The notes below the pieces were generated by a model that was not told where the DNA came from, ran no database searches, and saw nothing but the letters and a program-made list of their open reading frames with translations. This document shows, piece after piece, positions 26,401 to 46,227 of a DNA stretch of 64,000 nucleotides (the stretch's first letter is position 1; every line of letters begins with the position of its first letter). Position numbers and translations under genes: made by a program. The DNA comes from Amoebidium appalachense (taxonomy: Eukaryota; Protista; Ichthyosporea). The stretch spans positions 18,524,783 through 18,588,782 of the forward strand of contig CAVNZM010000001.1 in the NCBI GenBank assembly GCA_963693365.1. Direction: 5' to 3'.

Positions 26401-27753
26401 TTTGGGGGGTTGGAAAGCCCTGCATATAGCAACGGAAACATGTTTTATGTGTGCTTTCATTTACAACTCGGGGAGGAGTGGGCGGTCTGACATTAATGTG
26501 AGTGAACAAAGAGGGTTAAGTGGGAGGTGGGTGAGTAGTCTTACGGTGGCAGGAGGGGCGATTGGTGCGGGCTGCTTGGGAATGTTGATCTTTACGTTGG
26601 ACGGCTCAGGGTTCACGCTCTTGGGAAGATACTTCTCCCTGTGGGCCCAATAAAATAGGGCGTATCAGTGATTCTGGTGGGATTGGTTTTGTAGTTTTCT
26701 GGTCTCTTTCTATGCGGTTTCATTTCAAAGTTTGATGGGTTCTATTTTAGCGGGGGGCGGGGGGGGGGGGGGGGGGGTTGTTCGACTAACATAGGTGTGA
26801 TAAAGAGAAGTTGAAGGCTGCAACTTTATGATTGCCTCTGTGTATTGCTTGCTGAAGGCATGGGTACTTCTTGGGACAAGGGAGGGGTAAATTGGTGGGG
26901 AAGGCAAGACTGGGGTGGTGGTGGTGGTTTTTTTTTTTTGGGGGGGGGGGGGGGCGGGGGGGGGGAGGGGGGGGGGGGGGTGGTGGTCTGGAAGGGGGGG
27001 GGGGGGGGGGGGGGAGGTTAGAATGCGGCACACATATACCAAGTAAGATTTTACAAACGAGAACGTAGTGCACACAAAAAACACAGGAAAAATACTTAAC
27101 ATAGAGTCCATCCTCATGAGGTTGGGGGCTCAAGTCATTCACAGTATCCGGGGAGTGAGGGGGGTTTGAATGCGGAACACAGTACGAAGTACGCATACAC
27201 GATGAGAAGCATGGTGCAGGACACATGCAAAGGCAAACATTCAAGTATGCAGCATCAGCCATGCGCACAGTATGCGTCATAAGCAGAGCCCATCCTCAGG
27301 GAGGGCCCGGGGGGGGGGGGGGAGGGAGTGGAAGGGGCCGGAGGGGGGGGGGGAGGGGAGGAGTGTCGGGGATTGAAAGGAAGGGGAGGGGGGGGGGGGG
27401 GTGTTACCATAGGGCTTCAAAGTCATCGATGGTTACAGCAGTACGACGAAAACGGTCGAGAGTGGTGTCAAAGTCATGCACGTGAAACGCCGGATCATCG
27501 TGCTTGGTACGGATTAGGCACCTGGGGGGGGTGGGGGGAGGGGGAGGGGGGGAGGGGGGAGGGGAGGAGGGGGAGGAATATGAGCTACGGAGTGCAAAGT
27601 ACACACTCACAACGACAAACACGTTGCAGAGTGCAAACCACACATAAAGAGTGTGCATAGTGAGCAGAGCCCATCTTCGGGGAGAGGGGTGGTGGTGGTG
27701 GTGGTGGGGGGGGGGGTGAAGGGGGAGGGGAGGGGGGAGGAGGAGGAGGAAAA

Positions 27754-27787
<34 letters not shown>

Positions 27788-27955
27788 TGGAGGTAACTTT
27801 GTTGCAGATTACGAAGTTCGCATTCACCACAGACAACACGATGCAAAACACTTACGCACCAGAAAAAGAAAGAGGAAGAAGAAGAAGAAGAAGAAGAGAG
27901 CTCACACAACGAACATGCAATATAAGAAAAGCTCATTCAAGTCATTCACAGGCAG

Positions 27956-27986
<31 letters not shown>

Positions 27987-28275
27987 AGGGGGGAGGGGGG
28001 GGGGGGGGCGGAGCAGGGGATGTAAGGCGAATGAACAGACCACACGAAGGAGGATCCGAAGCAAATGTGTGATGAGGTCCGGAGGAAGGGAGGGGAGGGG
28101 AAGGGGGGATAAAGAGGGTAAGGGAGGGAGTTCACATGTGCTTGGAGTACGGTACAAATCAATGGATGGAAAGGGGAGGGATGAAGGGAAGTATGAGGAG
28201 AGAGGAGAGGGGAGGTTATATGATACCCAAAAGGGGGGGAAGTGTGTGTGTGTATGTGTGTGTGTTTGTGTGCGT

Positions 28276-28323
<48 letters not shown>

Positions 28324-28455
28324 GGGAGGAGGGGCTGAGAAACTCTGAGAAGAACAATCGTGAGACTTACTGTGGGGCCTTGTGCTTGATGAGTTTCATT
28401 TGACGATGGAGACGGCCGTCAATGTAGTGTGTGTACCTGTGTGTGTGTGTGTGTG

Positions 28456-28505
<50 letters not shown>

Positions 28506-28597
28506 ACGTGCTTTTTGTGTGTGTGGGTAGTAACGGAGCAACTCAATTGACTGATTGATTGTGAGAGAGGGGGATGAGGGATGGTAGGGAGGGAGGC

Positions 28598-28679
<82 letters not shown>

Positions 28680-28683
28680 ACAG

Positions 28684-28748
<65 letters not shown>

Positions 28749-28786
28749 ATGTGTATAAGTGTGTTGTAGGTGTGCGTGTAATGTAG

Positions 28787-28821
<35 letters not shown>

Positions 28822-29301
28822 CGCGCGCGTGCGTGCTGGTGTGTGTGTTCTCCTCCCAATCTTTTGCGTGCCACACATTTTCGTTGTGTTTCATCCCATG
28901 CATGATGGGTAACTAAGTGCTGGAGAAGGTGTGTGCATGTGTTACCTTGTGTGTTGGTTGTGGTGAGGGGAGGAGGGGAACGGAAGTGGGTGGCCGAGTT
29001 GGGAGGAAGAGGGTGGTGGTGGTTTTGGGGTGAGGGGTGTGGGGGGAAGGGGGGGGAGGGGGGGGGGGGGGGGGGGAGGGAAAAGGGAATGGTGTAACGT
29101 CACAACCCGGAATCCCAGCCAGGGTTTCTGGTTTCCCAAACCCAAGATTCGTTTATCTTTATTTTTCTAACCAATTAACAACCTGGTTTGACGGTCAACC
29201 TTGAAGAGGGTGTGGAGGAAATGACAGTCGGAAGAAGAAGAAAATTTAAGGTGGAGCAGGGAGCGTTGGAGTGAGCTGGGACAGGGATGTGGGAGGGTGA
29301 G

Positions 29302-29341
<40 letters not shown>

Positions 29342-29347
29342 GGGGAG

Positions 29348-29394
<47 letters not shown>

Positions 29395-29728
29395 GGATCG
29401 GTTTAGCGGAGACAGAGTGTGTGTCCTTGTGTCACGAAATATATACGTCGGATCGGTTTAGCGGAGACAGAGTGTGTGTCCTTGTGTCACGAAATATATA
29501 CAAGGCTCGACACGGGGTAGGGTGGGTGGTTGTGGTTTGTGTTGGGGGGAGGGGGGAGGGGAGGGAGGCGGGAGGGGGGGGGGGGGGATCCTACCAGTAG
29601 CCGACAATTGAAAATCGTTCCTTTTCCCCATTGTTTGGCTCTGGCTTGAGGATAGGAAGTTCGAAGCACTGGTGTACGTGTTGTTTAAAGGCAACAGGCA
29701 TTGTCTTGCTGTTGCGCTGGGCTGGCAT
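25739..29728 (-). CDS. Uncharacterised ~140-aa protein (4 well-supported exons plus a tentative terminal exon)
   Basis: Exons 29728-29595, 28436-28371, 27521-27408, 26638-26545 have canonical sites and compatible phases: MPAQRNSKTMPVAFKQHVHQCFELPILKPEPNNGEKERFSIVGYWYTHYIDGRLHRQMKLIKHKAPQCLIRTKHDDPAFHVHDFDTTLDRFRRTAVTIDDFEALWEKYLPKSVNPEPSNVKINIPKQPAPIAPPAT. Last exon 25753-25739 (LLKV*) is tentative. An in-frame TGA lies upstream of the ATG. Confidence 0.75.
27016..27685. repeat. Cluster of a dispersed ~110-140-bp intronic repeat family (other copies 14255-14360 and, inverted, 23294-23405)
   Basis: Copies at ~27016-27130, 27165-27305 and 27576-27685 share GAATG...GAAGTAC...AAAGAGT(A/G)TGCAT..GCAGAGCCCATCCTC, flanked by G tracts. 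Confidence 0.7.
29392..29501 (+). repeat. ~55-bp tandem duplication in intron
   Basis: GTCGGATCGGTTTAGCGGAGACAGAGTGTGTGTCCTTGTGTCACGAAATATATAC present twice, head to tail. Confidence 0.85.
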
Positions 29729-30366
29729 TTTCCCACTTCAAAGAAGATGGTGGGTGGGTGTATTCCTTGATTGATCTGTGGTGGGTTAAAATGATGTTAG
29801 CGGGGTGGAATTCTGACACTAAGAAGGAGATAGTGGGTGGATATATTATTTGATAGATCTGGGGTGGGTTGACGTGGTGTTAACACGGTGACTCTGAGAT
29901 TTTGTGGCGGGGGGGAAGGTGGGTGGGGATGGAAGAAGGTGGAAATGCGCCCGTTTGTGTGAATGCAATTGTATGCTTGTTTGTGTATGTCACGGTGTGC
30001 ATTTGCCGAAGCCAGCTGCTAAATAAGATTGGGCAAGTGTGCATTGTGGTGTATGTTAGGCCTATGAGAGGTTGTGTGGTGGAGCGGTGATGGGGCAAAG
30101 TCGCAGGTGCGAGTCAGCTCCACTTGTATGTGTGAGTAAAATATTACATTGCCTCCAGATTCAGTGCAAGATACTATATTGGTGACAGTTGGGGGAGGGG
30201 GGAAAGGGGGGAGGGGGGGGGAGGGGGGGGGGGGGGGGGGGGGAGAAACAGGGGAGATTGTAGAAAAAGGGAAATGGGAGGGAGTCTTATGGACTGTGCC
30301 GTGTATGTGAATGTGCAGGTGTGACTTGATATAGGGGTGTCACGTTTGTGAGTGCGCGCGTACATG

Positions 30367-30429
<63 letters not shown>

Positions 30430-30529
30430 GTGTGTGTACGGTGTGTGTGTGTACGTGCCACTGGGATGTGTGTGTGTGTCTTTGTGTGTATTACTGCAAT
30501 ATGTACTTAAGCATATACAGGTGTGTCTT

Positions 30530-30616
<87 letters not shown>

Positions 30617-30779
30617 ATGCATGCATGCATTTGCGTGTGTGTGCCTGTGTCTCTGTGAATAATTTGTGCAAGCGCGTAAAGCGCGTAACACGGTGCCTTC
30701 CCGAAGAAAACGGGGTCCGTGTGTGTGTGTGTGTGCGAGCACAGTCTGTATGACGTCCAGGTATGCGTGTTCAGTGCTG

Positions 30780-30813
<34 letters not shown>

Positions 30814-31917
30814 TATGTGTGCCTGTCGCCGTGCAAACGTTAACTGTTAGTGACACAGCGTAGTATGTTTCATCTTACTCCCACCTTGGATCTGTAGTGC
30901 AGTGCACGTTGCCCTCTGTGTACAGTATAATGACCCTTGAGTCAGGCCCTAGCTAGCCTTTGTTATTCTTAAAATACCGAAGTATTCAGGCACAGGCTAC
31001 TGAAGTTGTTACTCTTTTTCAACAACGACGACTCTTGCAGTGTGCTTCGCCTTTGAATATAAATCGAGTCGTCTGCAGGCACAAGCCTATTTTTGTCAGT
31101 GTCGTATGTTGTGTGCTCAATTGGTAAGCGGTTAAAACGTGTTTACAAGTTACTACGTATACCTAACGTATCGTTCTTCTATAAAGCTTACAGCACATAG
31201 GTCGAACGACTATGCTTGCATGCAATGGCAGTGTGTTTACGGAACTTGCAGCTTGTACCAATTCGTTCGTACACAACTTGAGTTGAGTTCGTGGACGGTC
31301 AGTGGGAAGATCCCACAAAATTGAACTGAGGCGGTCATAACCTCACTGGTGCTGTAAAGTGCTGATTGGCTCACCGGAGATCTCATGCATGGACTGTTGG
31401 ACTGTTCAAGATGGGTTTGAATATAAAATCTTTATTGCTCGAAGATGTTAAAATCATGTATTGATCATAAACACGTTATTAAAGACACCTCTAAATATCT
31501 CCTTTGTGCGTAATTTTCTCTTTGAAAAAAATGCGGCTGGACTGAGAGACGATACCTCTCGACACAGCTCATACATGTACGAGTGCAAGCAGAGCATTGA
31601 CAGCTGTACGGATTGGCTACGTGTCACTAAGAGGGCTTCCGGAGGGCAATACAGTTTCCTAATTGGTATTTTGCTTTTAGGTCTACCAATCAGATTAGTT
31701 AAAGGAATAAAAAGGAATGTACGTGCTTGCTGATCTCGAGAGTCGACCAATCAACGATCATGAGATTATCAGCTGGTTAACCCTATATGGTTGTCCATAA
31801 ATTGTTCATCCAATCATTCGCACCAAACCCGCTAACAAAAAGTTCAGTGAGACAGTGACGCAACGAGCCGTACGTATACGCACACACACACACGCATGCA
31901 CGTACGCACGCACGTGG

Positions 31918-32045
<128 letters not shown>

Positions 32046-32171
32046 ACACACACACGCGCGCGCGCGCCCCACAAACGTGCACACAAAAACACACACACAC
32101 AACGACACGCGCTGAAAGGCACGCACGCACGCACACACGCACCGCGACACGCATGCACACACACACAGACA

Positions 32172-32202
<31 letters not shown>

Positions 32203-32351
32203 GCACTGTTACACACACAAAAACAAGGTCTCTCTCTCCCTATCTCTCTCCCTCTCCCTCCCTCCCTCCCTCCCTCCCTCCCTCTCTCCCTCTCATACAT
32301 CTCTCTCACTCCACCCGCCCCCCCCCCCCTTCTCTCCCTCCCTCCCTCTCT

Positions 32352-32397
<46 letters not shown>

Positions 32398-32934
32398 CCT
32401 CTACCTTTGCCTCTCTCTCTCTGTCTCCCTTTGCGCCTCTCTCTCTCTCTTCTCTCTTACTGGCGCGCGCGCTCACACACAAACACCCATGGCGATGAAC
32501 ACACACATACACACACACACACACACACACAAGCATATTGCCAAATATGGCACTCGCAAATGTGTAACACCTAAATACATATTACCTTCCTGTAGAATTG
32601 GTCTTTTTCTAGCTGACGGTATTATTCACCTCTTACCACGCTTTTACTGTACACGTGCCATACAGTGGAGATCTAATAAGTATAAGGCCATCGTTTGCAT
32701 GCACAAACAACACACACACACACCAATATAAACGGTCATGTATTGCCAAATGTAGTTTGATAGACCACATAATACCGCAGCACACACACGACACATTCAC
32801 AACAGACACCCAGAAAGATAGCTTACCTGAAAATTACAACATCCTTGATTTCATATATACTAAACACACATAACCATGACCTGTTTATTAGATGTATTGA
32901 TTGGCTTGAGAAACACATCATTACAAAACTCTAG

Positions 32935-33078
<144 letters not shown>

Positions 33079-33359
33079 AGCTGATACCGAGTGTCCCAGG
33101 GGAGCCCGTTAAAGAAAGAAAAAAACAAAAACAAAAAAAAACGGGGAACCCAAATAATTGATTTCCTTAGTCTTTATGGTGCTTCGTAGAGTAACAAAAC
33201 CCTGATACATATCAGCACCCGACATCTACAGTATGTACTTGATCATGATATACAGCTGTGGGGATATTCCGAGCAAAAGTTTCCCCCCATACCTGAGACT
33301 GGTCTCTCTTTGCCTCGAGTAAACAGAGTAAACCCCAAGCATATACATACACACACACA

Positions 33360-33405
<46 letters not shown>

Positions 33406-33556
33406 GTATATATATATATATACACGCACGCGGCGTGACACAATCACACATATACACACAGGCTGCCCACCGTGGCACACACAGACACACACATGCCATG
33501 ACACACACACACACCCACACACACATTATGATACTTAGTATAGTACTGCTCGTGTG

Positions 33557-33627
<71 letters not shown>

Positions 33628-33634
33628 ACCCACC

Positions 33635-33686
<52 letters not shown>

Positions 33687-33734
33687 ATCACCCACACACA
33701 TGTACACACACACACACCCACCCACCCACCCACC

Positions 33735-33782
<48 letters not shown>

Positions 33783-33811
33783 ACACACACACCCACACCG
33801 TGAACCCCCCC

Positions 33812-33843
<32 letters not shown>

Positions 33844-33884
33844 TCCGCACACACACACATACGTAAACACACATAGCACATAAG

Positions 33885-34003
33885 GTTTAGCACCCTAACT
33901 CGGGTACAACCGGTGCTGTGGACTCCTAATCATGAGGTCTTCCGGAAACCCTGGGGGTCCCTCCGGGCAAAAACAAACGAGATAAAATAAATTAAATAAA
34001 AAA
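33885..34003 (+). mobile_element. 3' end remnant of a non-LTR retroelement related to the one at 54686-55541
   Basis: AGCACC-17nt-GGTGCT stem, then ...CTCCGGGCAAAAACAAACGAGATAAAA and an A-rich tail; parallels 55436-55541. Confidence 0.45.
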
Positions 34004-34670
34004 GTACACACCGTAGTACATCGTGTGACACACACGTACCGTAACACAGGGACAAGTGCACACAGGCACACACACTGTGACCGTCAGTTACGGCCCTATG
34101 TCGTCAAAACACGATTCTTGCTCTTACCACCCCATAGTGATTACTTATCCACGGTGTGCAAATCTTAATAAAAAGCTCAGTGCCGTAGTATAGCCACAAC
34201 TGAACAACCTGGTCTGTACCACGGGCTATGGGGAAAAAATGGACTGTCTATACAAACAAGAATGGAATTGTAACACTAATCTTTATAGTTGATGATGATG
34301 ACATCTAGATCTGATTCAGAAGTGAGCTGCATGCGCAGCTTCTCCGACTAGCTGCAGCTGGGAGTCCCGTGATAGTACACTATGGCATATTAGACAGTAG
34401 TCTGCGCAGACAGATCAGCCAGAACGTGTTCGAACTTCCTGGGCGACACTGAGGGTAAACATGTACAGTAGTCCGGACAGCCAGCGCTCTGCAGAATGAT
34501 TTGTTCCACTCCAGCTGGGGCCGGGGTGGGTGTTTTCATTTTCAGAATCGTCTCAGTCTAACAACGGCAGTGCGCTAGCAATAGAGACACGAGTGCATCA
34601 ATAAAACCATCCATTCCGGGACTCACTTGAAGTTCAGCAGTGTCAAAGTTTGAATGAAAGTTGAGGTCTG

Positions 34671-34849
34671 CTAAATAACACGGACGCAACGTTCCCGCCC
34701 AGTGCACTTCAGCCACATGTCTGGTTTGAACCCCTCAAGCTTGCGACTGTGCCGCATCAGGAAGCATGTCCCTGGGCACCGCGTCTGCCTGGATGAGAGG
34801 CCGTGGTGGCGACCTGTATGCAAAAGTTGAACAGGACGACCAAGATCAT
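34671..34849 (-). pseudogene. Frameshifted paralogue of the secreted Cys-pair prepropeptide at 43180-43371
   Basis: TATATAAA (34913-34906) and two CCAAT boxes upstream. Three successive frames give MILVVLFNFCIQVATTASH / QADAVPRD / RKLEGFKPDMWLKCTGRERCVRVI*, collinear with the intact copy. Confidence 0.7.
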
Positions 34850-34974
34850 GTTTTGATCACACCGAACAGATTGTGTGAGATCTGAGGGTGTGAGAGCGTC
34901 CAGTGTTTATATACGATGCATGCAATAAAAAAGTGGCTGCGGATTGGCTATAATTGGCCGCGCCAAGAATCTAA

Positions 34975-40866
<5,892 letters not shown>

Positions 40867-41218
40867 ACGGATTTTACGATTAGCTACTTATCATTAGTAG
40901 ACATAGCCGTTTGGTTTCTCTGATATGATCGACCAATCGAAAACGGTTGGCCCCTTGACTAAAATTAGCATGATCGCACCGAATGATCAACATGTGTAGA
41001 ATATTAGTTGATACACTTTTTTACAAAGCAATACGACTATCAGTGTCACTGATCTATATCACTTCCCAAGTAACAAGATGGTGTTTATTGTTGACACATT
41101 TATTAGTGTGAAGACAGGCGTGCAGGATGGTGCACTGCACATGAGCCTCATGAGGTTTTTTTATCATCAAGCCGGTTTCGCTGGCTTAGATCTAATCAGT
41201 AGGGGCTCCGGGGTAGAC

Positions 41219-42389
41219 AAGGGGCATGTAAATCTATCTCTAAAACTTCCCTATCTATCCCAACGCACTATCCTATTTCTATCTCAAAACGACCTGTTTA
41301 TCATAGATCATATCCCGGATAATCCTCGAAAATGTGCCTTAATATCCCGACGATCTATCCTGATGGGCCCTATCTATCCGGAGATATATCATTTCTCTCC
41401 CAGGAAGGCCTGATTATCTCCGCCTAATATCCCAGTAGTTGTATGTACTGTATACACATCCATTGGGTGGGACCCTTGTTTAGGGCACCTCAACACCGTG
41501 TAATACTATAGCAAGCCCCATGGCTGCGTGCATGGGTACCGTCGTCACGTGCACAGTTTCAATAATTTGCAATTTTGAAGCTTGCCAGGGGGGCTCGGGG
41601 CCTTGGAGCCGCCGGCTACTTAATTGCAAATATTACACGCAAGCTTAAGCCCTGCACATACCTTCCTTGGCACTAATGATGAGTATAAGCTTACTAGCGC
41701 CTTCTTATTGAATTAGTCACCCTTGCCTGTAATTATATATAATCCTTGGTTCATATGGTATTGTTCAACATTATGCGTTGATTAAACAATGGCAGAGCAG
41801 GCTGGCGGCCCGGCATATATAGGGGGCTTTTAAGCGAAACTATAGTCGAATTCTGTTGGTCGTCACATTGAGTATTTATATGATTTTCACACCGTGTTCA
41901 GGTATCTCAGTATGCACTTGTTACTGGATAACTCGTGAAGTTTTTATTGTCTTCTCCGTATGCCGTGCATACTTGCATATCTTTCCGTTGAATAAATCCA
42001 GTCAAAAGAAAAAAAAAATAGTTTTAAGCGAAACTATAGTTTCTCCACATAAATTTTTGAACCATCAACCCGTAACTGATTGTTGGGTATAGCATCCCCA
42101 TCATCTCTGGGGACTAAATACTAAATATTGATTGGTAGTGCATCATTTTGGCGCGCATTGACTACCAAATATGTATACAAATAAGTACCTCATGACCCCA
42201 GGATTCGCCGATCTATCCCAGACCCTGAAAGAGGATTTATCCACCCCTCCTGGATAGATCGTCTATCTGGGGTCCCCCTAAATATTATTTGGATCTATCC
42301 CAAAATTGCCTGAACATCCCGGATATATCACGTATCCCGAGGTCCCCAATCTATCCCAAAATTCTCCGGGATTAATTTACATGCCCCTA
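41219..42389. mobile_element. Non-autonomous DNA transposon, hAT-like
   Basis: Perfect 14-bp TIR AGGGGCATGTAAAT (41220-41233) / ATTTACATGCCCCT (42375-42388), with many subterminal TATCC/TATCT motifs at both ends. TSD degenerate (GGGTAGAC vs GGGCCCGA). No transposase ORF. Confidence 0.7.
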
Positions 42390-43179
42390 GGGCCCGACCG
42401 GCCTGGAGACCCAGAGGCTACATTTAGAAGTTACACCCACACAGCATCAGAATTTTCACAACTTTGTTGTAAGATTATGTATTATACAGAATGGTATGCT
42501 ACATATAGTGTCTGGATTCGAATTCGCAGGTACACGTGCCAACCGGCGCCAATATTGGTAAGGCCAGAGATATACTGATATATGCACATGAACTTTACAC
42601 TGTGTTTTCTCGTGCAAAATGATTAGGACGAGAGCACGTGCACGAACGAGAGTGATTGTAAGCATATTAGCCATAGCATAAGTTAGCCACGTACATACAG
42701 CTCGGCATGGTAAGTTATAACAATCATAGGGGTGCTATGCCCGGCTGTCTACTTTGTTGAAAGTTCCTTTCTTCCTATTGGGTGGGCTATCTATTCTCAT
42801 AAAATCAGGTATGTGCAAGTGCGGGCGCCACCCACCGCGGGTGCACGTTGTCCATGGAAGCCGAATCTATACATATTACCGAAATAAAAGAAGAAGTCAG
42901 ACGATTTTAATATATAAAATAGTGACCTCGTGGTTAAAAGAACTGGCGTGATTGAGTGAGTCTCTGCGCATTGAGAAAACAAGCCGCCTTTGGTATTGCG
43001 CGCGGCGGTCATAATGGAAAAACATGGCATCTGCAGCGTGTGATAACTAACGAATCAAAGATTTGGTAGAGCTGGATTTATCATATGCCGACGGAACACG
43101 TCTAAAAAACTTAACATGGTGGTGTTGCTATCATTTCCATGGGCAAGAAGTTATCGCTATGATCATTATCATCATCACT

Positions 43180-43371
43180 ATGTTCTCTCTGAAGCACTTT
43201 CTTGCGGCTCTGCTCTGCGCACAGGTGGCCACGGCAGCACATGTCGCACGGCTAGATGCAGTGCCTGAGGATGGGGTTCGTTCGGTTGATGTTCGAGACG
43301 CCGAGAAATTCAATGGCGTGCCTGACATGTGGATCGTATGCACTGGGAAGAAGTGTGTTCGTATTCGGTAG
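43180..43371 (+). CDS. Small secreted prepropeptide (63 aa) with C-terminal cationic Cys-pair segment
   Basis: MFSLKHFLAALLCAQVATAAHVARLDAVPEDGVRSVDVRDAEKFNGVPDMWIVCTGKKCVRIR*: signal-peptide-like N-terminus (A-T-A cleavage pattern) and acidic pro-region. TATATAAAA at 42911. The paralogue at 34671-34849 shares the motifs and the stop position. Confidence 0.65.
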   Translation: MFSLKHFLAALLCAQVATAAHVARLDAVPEDGVRSVDVRDAEKFNGVPDMWIVCTGKKCVRIR

Positions 43372-45537
43372 CCCGGCAATGCACCCAGTGTACATGTGAT
43401 GATGATATGCATGTATATGCCATGTTGCCAGACAGCCCTGCTGCCGGATTCACTGTAGCGACGGTCTTCGATAACGCACGGCAATACATACTGTGGCACT
43501 AAATAAGCTCGCCCAGTACTAGCCGAGACGGAACGAAGAATCATACATACGGAACGGTTCATATGGAGTGCTACGAACGCAGTTCCGATAGGTCACCATG
43601 CACAGGGCTCAAGCTTGTGCCCACCTTATGCCACACCCGTTAGCAGCCAGCAACTTCTCAATCAAGCTCATGATCTAAAAGCGCAGTGAGCAAACGACGA
43701 CAGACATGGCGGTGAGACAGCGTTCGAGGCTCATTGAATTCTGCAGGGGATTAATTTAGTAATCATGTAAAGGCCGTCACCGTCGACGTTTGTCCACCGC
43801 CAGGCAGCGCTACTGTATATATGTATCCCAGGACAGGCTGTGTTAGTCGGTACATATTCACTGAATTTAGTGGATAAACTCAGTTGGCGAGTAGTCACAG
43901 TGTGTGCAGCTGGCACTGCAGCTGAATGCGCCACATACTTTGTAGCAACGAAGCTTGTGCGCATAGTAGTACTCAATTAGCAACATCTGTATAGACGCAT
44001 GCGGCAATCATTGTTGGAAAAACAGGATTAATATACTACTGACTTTGAGGTATAAGAGTGTTAGTGTTTGAGTTTCATGGTAAAAGGCCCTGGCTGGCCC
44101 CCGGCGCCCACATAAAGGGCCTGTAATGATATTGATATGAATTCGAAGTTAAAATAATAAAGCTTGAATACGTTTGAAAACTAAGTTAGTATTCATTTTG
44201 AACCGTGAACATCTGTTGGATTCGGGGGCTATCCGTCCCACCGTTACTGTGTTTTTTGGTGCGTGGCGACCTCGGCCGCTGAATGCATGTGACTCCGTAC
44301 TGCTACTCAGTATGCATCTACTGCTAGCCTACGGTAGTGACTCAGTACGGTAAAGTGCCAATCCGAGTGACTACGAATAAAGAACTTGATTTACGTGCTT
44401 ATATTTGGTGAATGCGGTTGGCATTTCAATAGATTTCATGGGCTGGTAACTGACCACGTCGGTATCATGCTAAAATTTTGGAAAAACGGACGGGTGAAAA
44501 CTTTTGACAAAAGGTCATAAGGGCCTAAGTGCTGTAATGGCGTGGCCACACAGCACCAGGTGGCTGCAGTGGACCGGACTGTGACACAGTGTCGGAATCA
44601 CGGTGGATTGAGCAGGAGAGTCTCATGTAGTTTGAGGTGTAGCTAGAATGAAGCTACTTAGAGCATCTAAATTATAGCTATATAAATCACACTTTTTTCT
44701 CAGAGTCCTGGTATATTTTAAAGAAGCGGAGATCACAGACCCGGGGGGAGGGGGGGGGGGGGGGGGGGAAGTTAGTCTTGACGAATGAATGGCCTTTTTC
44801 TTGTGAGTTCACGACATCCCAGTATCCTTTCGCTGCCTATAAACGCCGGGTTGATGTTAACATGGCCGTAATAGATCGCTAAATTTGTCTTCCAGGTTAA
44901 TTAAAAGTTGTGTTCAAGTCTTCTTTCCTTTCCTTTCCCTGGCCCGGACTTCAGTTTCCTTTCCTTTCCCTTCCTTTACTTTCCTCTCTCTCTCTCTCCT
45001 TGCCCCCCCCCCCCCCCCCCCCCCCTCCCCCCCCCACCACCACGCAAAAAAAAGGGGGAGGGAGGGGCGGGGGAAAGGAGAGAGGAGGGGAAGGGGGGTG
45101 ACAGGGCCTGAGAGGGCGGGGGGCCGGAGGGGGGGGGGGGGAGGGGGGGGGTCTGGCAGGACCGGGCCAAAACGAAGAATGATGAGTCAGGGAGGGAGAT
45201 CTAGAGCCTGATCAATAGCACGCAAAATCATCTATATCATGGTGGTCGAGAACAGACGAGCAAACTGGTAGATCGGTTGGGGTTTGCGGGTGGTTGAGGG
45301 GGCCCCGGGGGAGGGGGGGGGGGGGGGGGGGGGGAGGGGGGTGTACGGGGGGAGGGCTTATGGCAGGGCATGTTTGTGTCTGCCGCGCATTCCTCAAACC
45401 ATTCCTGTAACCAACTTGAAAACGTGATGCCGGCGGGCGTATGGGGCAAACACAGTAACATCTATATCATTACGGCGAAGCGGTTTCGGAGCAATTTGAA
45501 GTGCGTGCACACGCACACGCGTGCACACTCACCCACC

Positions 45538-45598
<61 letters not shown>

Positions 45599-45636
45599 TG
45601 ACATGTGTATAGAAGGTGTGCTTGTGCAAGCGCAGA

Positions 45637-45751
<115 letters not shown>

Positions 45752-45879
45752 GCGCACGCGCGCACGCACGCACGCACGCACATACATGCATACACAGTGA
45801 CACACCGTAAAGAAGCTCTCTCTTTTCCTCGCATGTGCACCAGAGCGGTTAATAAAGAGCCATCTGATATGGGTTGGGG

Positions 45880-46227
45880 ATGGCCCAACCACATCGGCTG
45901 AGTAAACTTGCTCCGAGCAGAATTATTCTGCAAAAAGCAGAATTATTCTACAAAAAGCAGAATTATTCTGCTAAAAGCAGAATGATTCGAGCAAACAGCA
46001 CAATGAATCAGCAGAAATATTCTTCTGCTGTCGAAAGCAGAAGTATTGTGCTTTTTGGGGAACAATATTCTGCTAAAAGCAGAATGAATCAGCTAAAAGC
46101 AGGGTGATTCTGCTTTTGCAGAATGATTCTGCTTTTGCAGGATAATTCTATTAAAAACAGAATAATTCCGCTTTTGCAGAATAATTCTGCTTTATGCAAG
46201 TTGACTCTGCCGATGTGGTTGGGCCCT
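45880..46227. mobile_element. Foldback/MITE-like element, copy 2 (shorter array)
   Basis: Same TIRs (GGCCCAACCACATCGGCTGAGT.AACTTGC ... GCAAGTTGACTCTGCCGATGTGGTTGGGCCC), same GCAGAATTATTCTGC units and the same central CTGCTGTCGAAAGCAGA as 11877-12417. Confidence 0.85.

Noticed and set aside
43369-43371. TAG reassignment to a sense codon (TAGs in the peptide genes and the ilvA fragment)
   Set aside because: The aminopeptidase and fumarate reductase both end in TAG at the expected C-termini, so the standard code applies.
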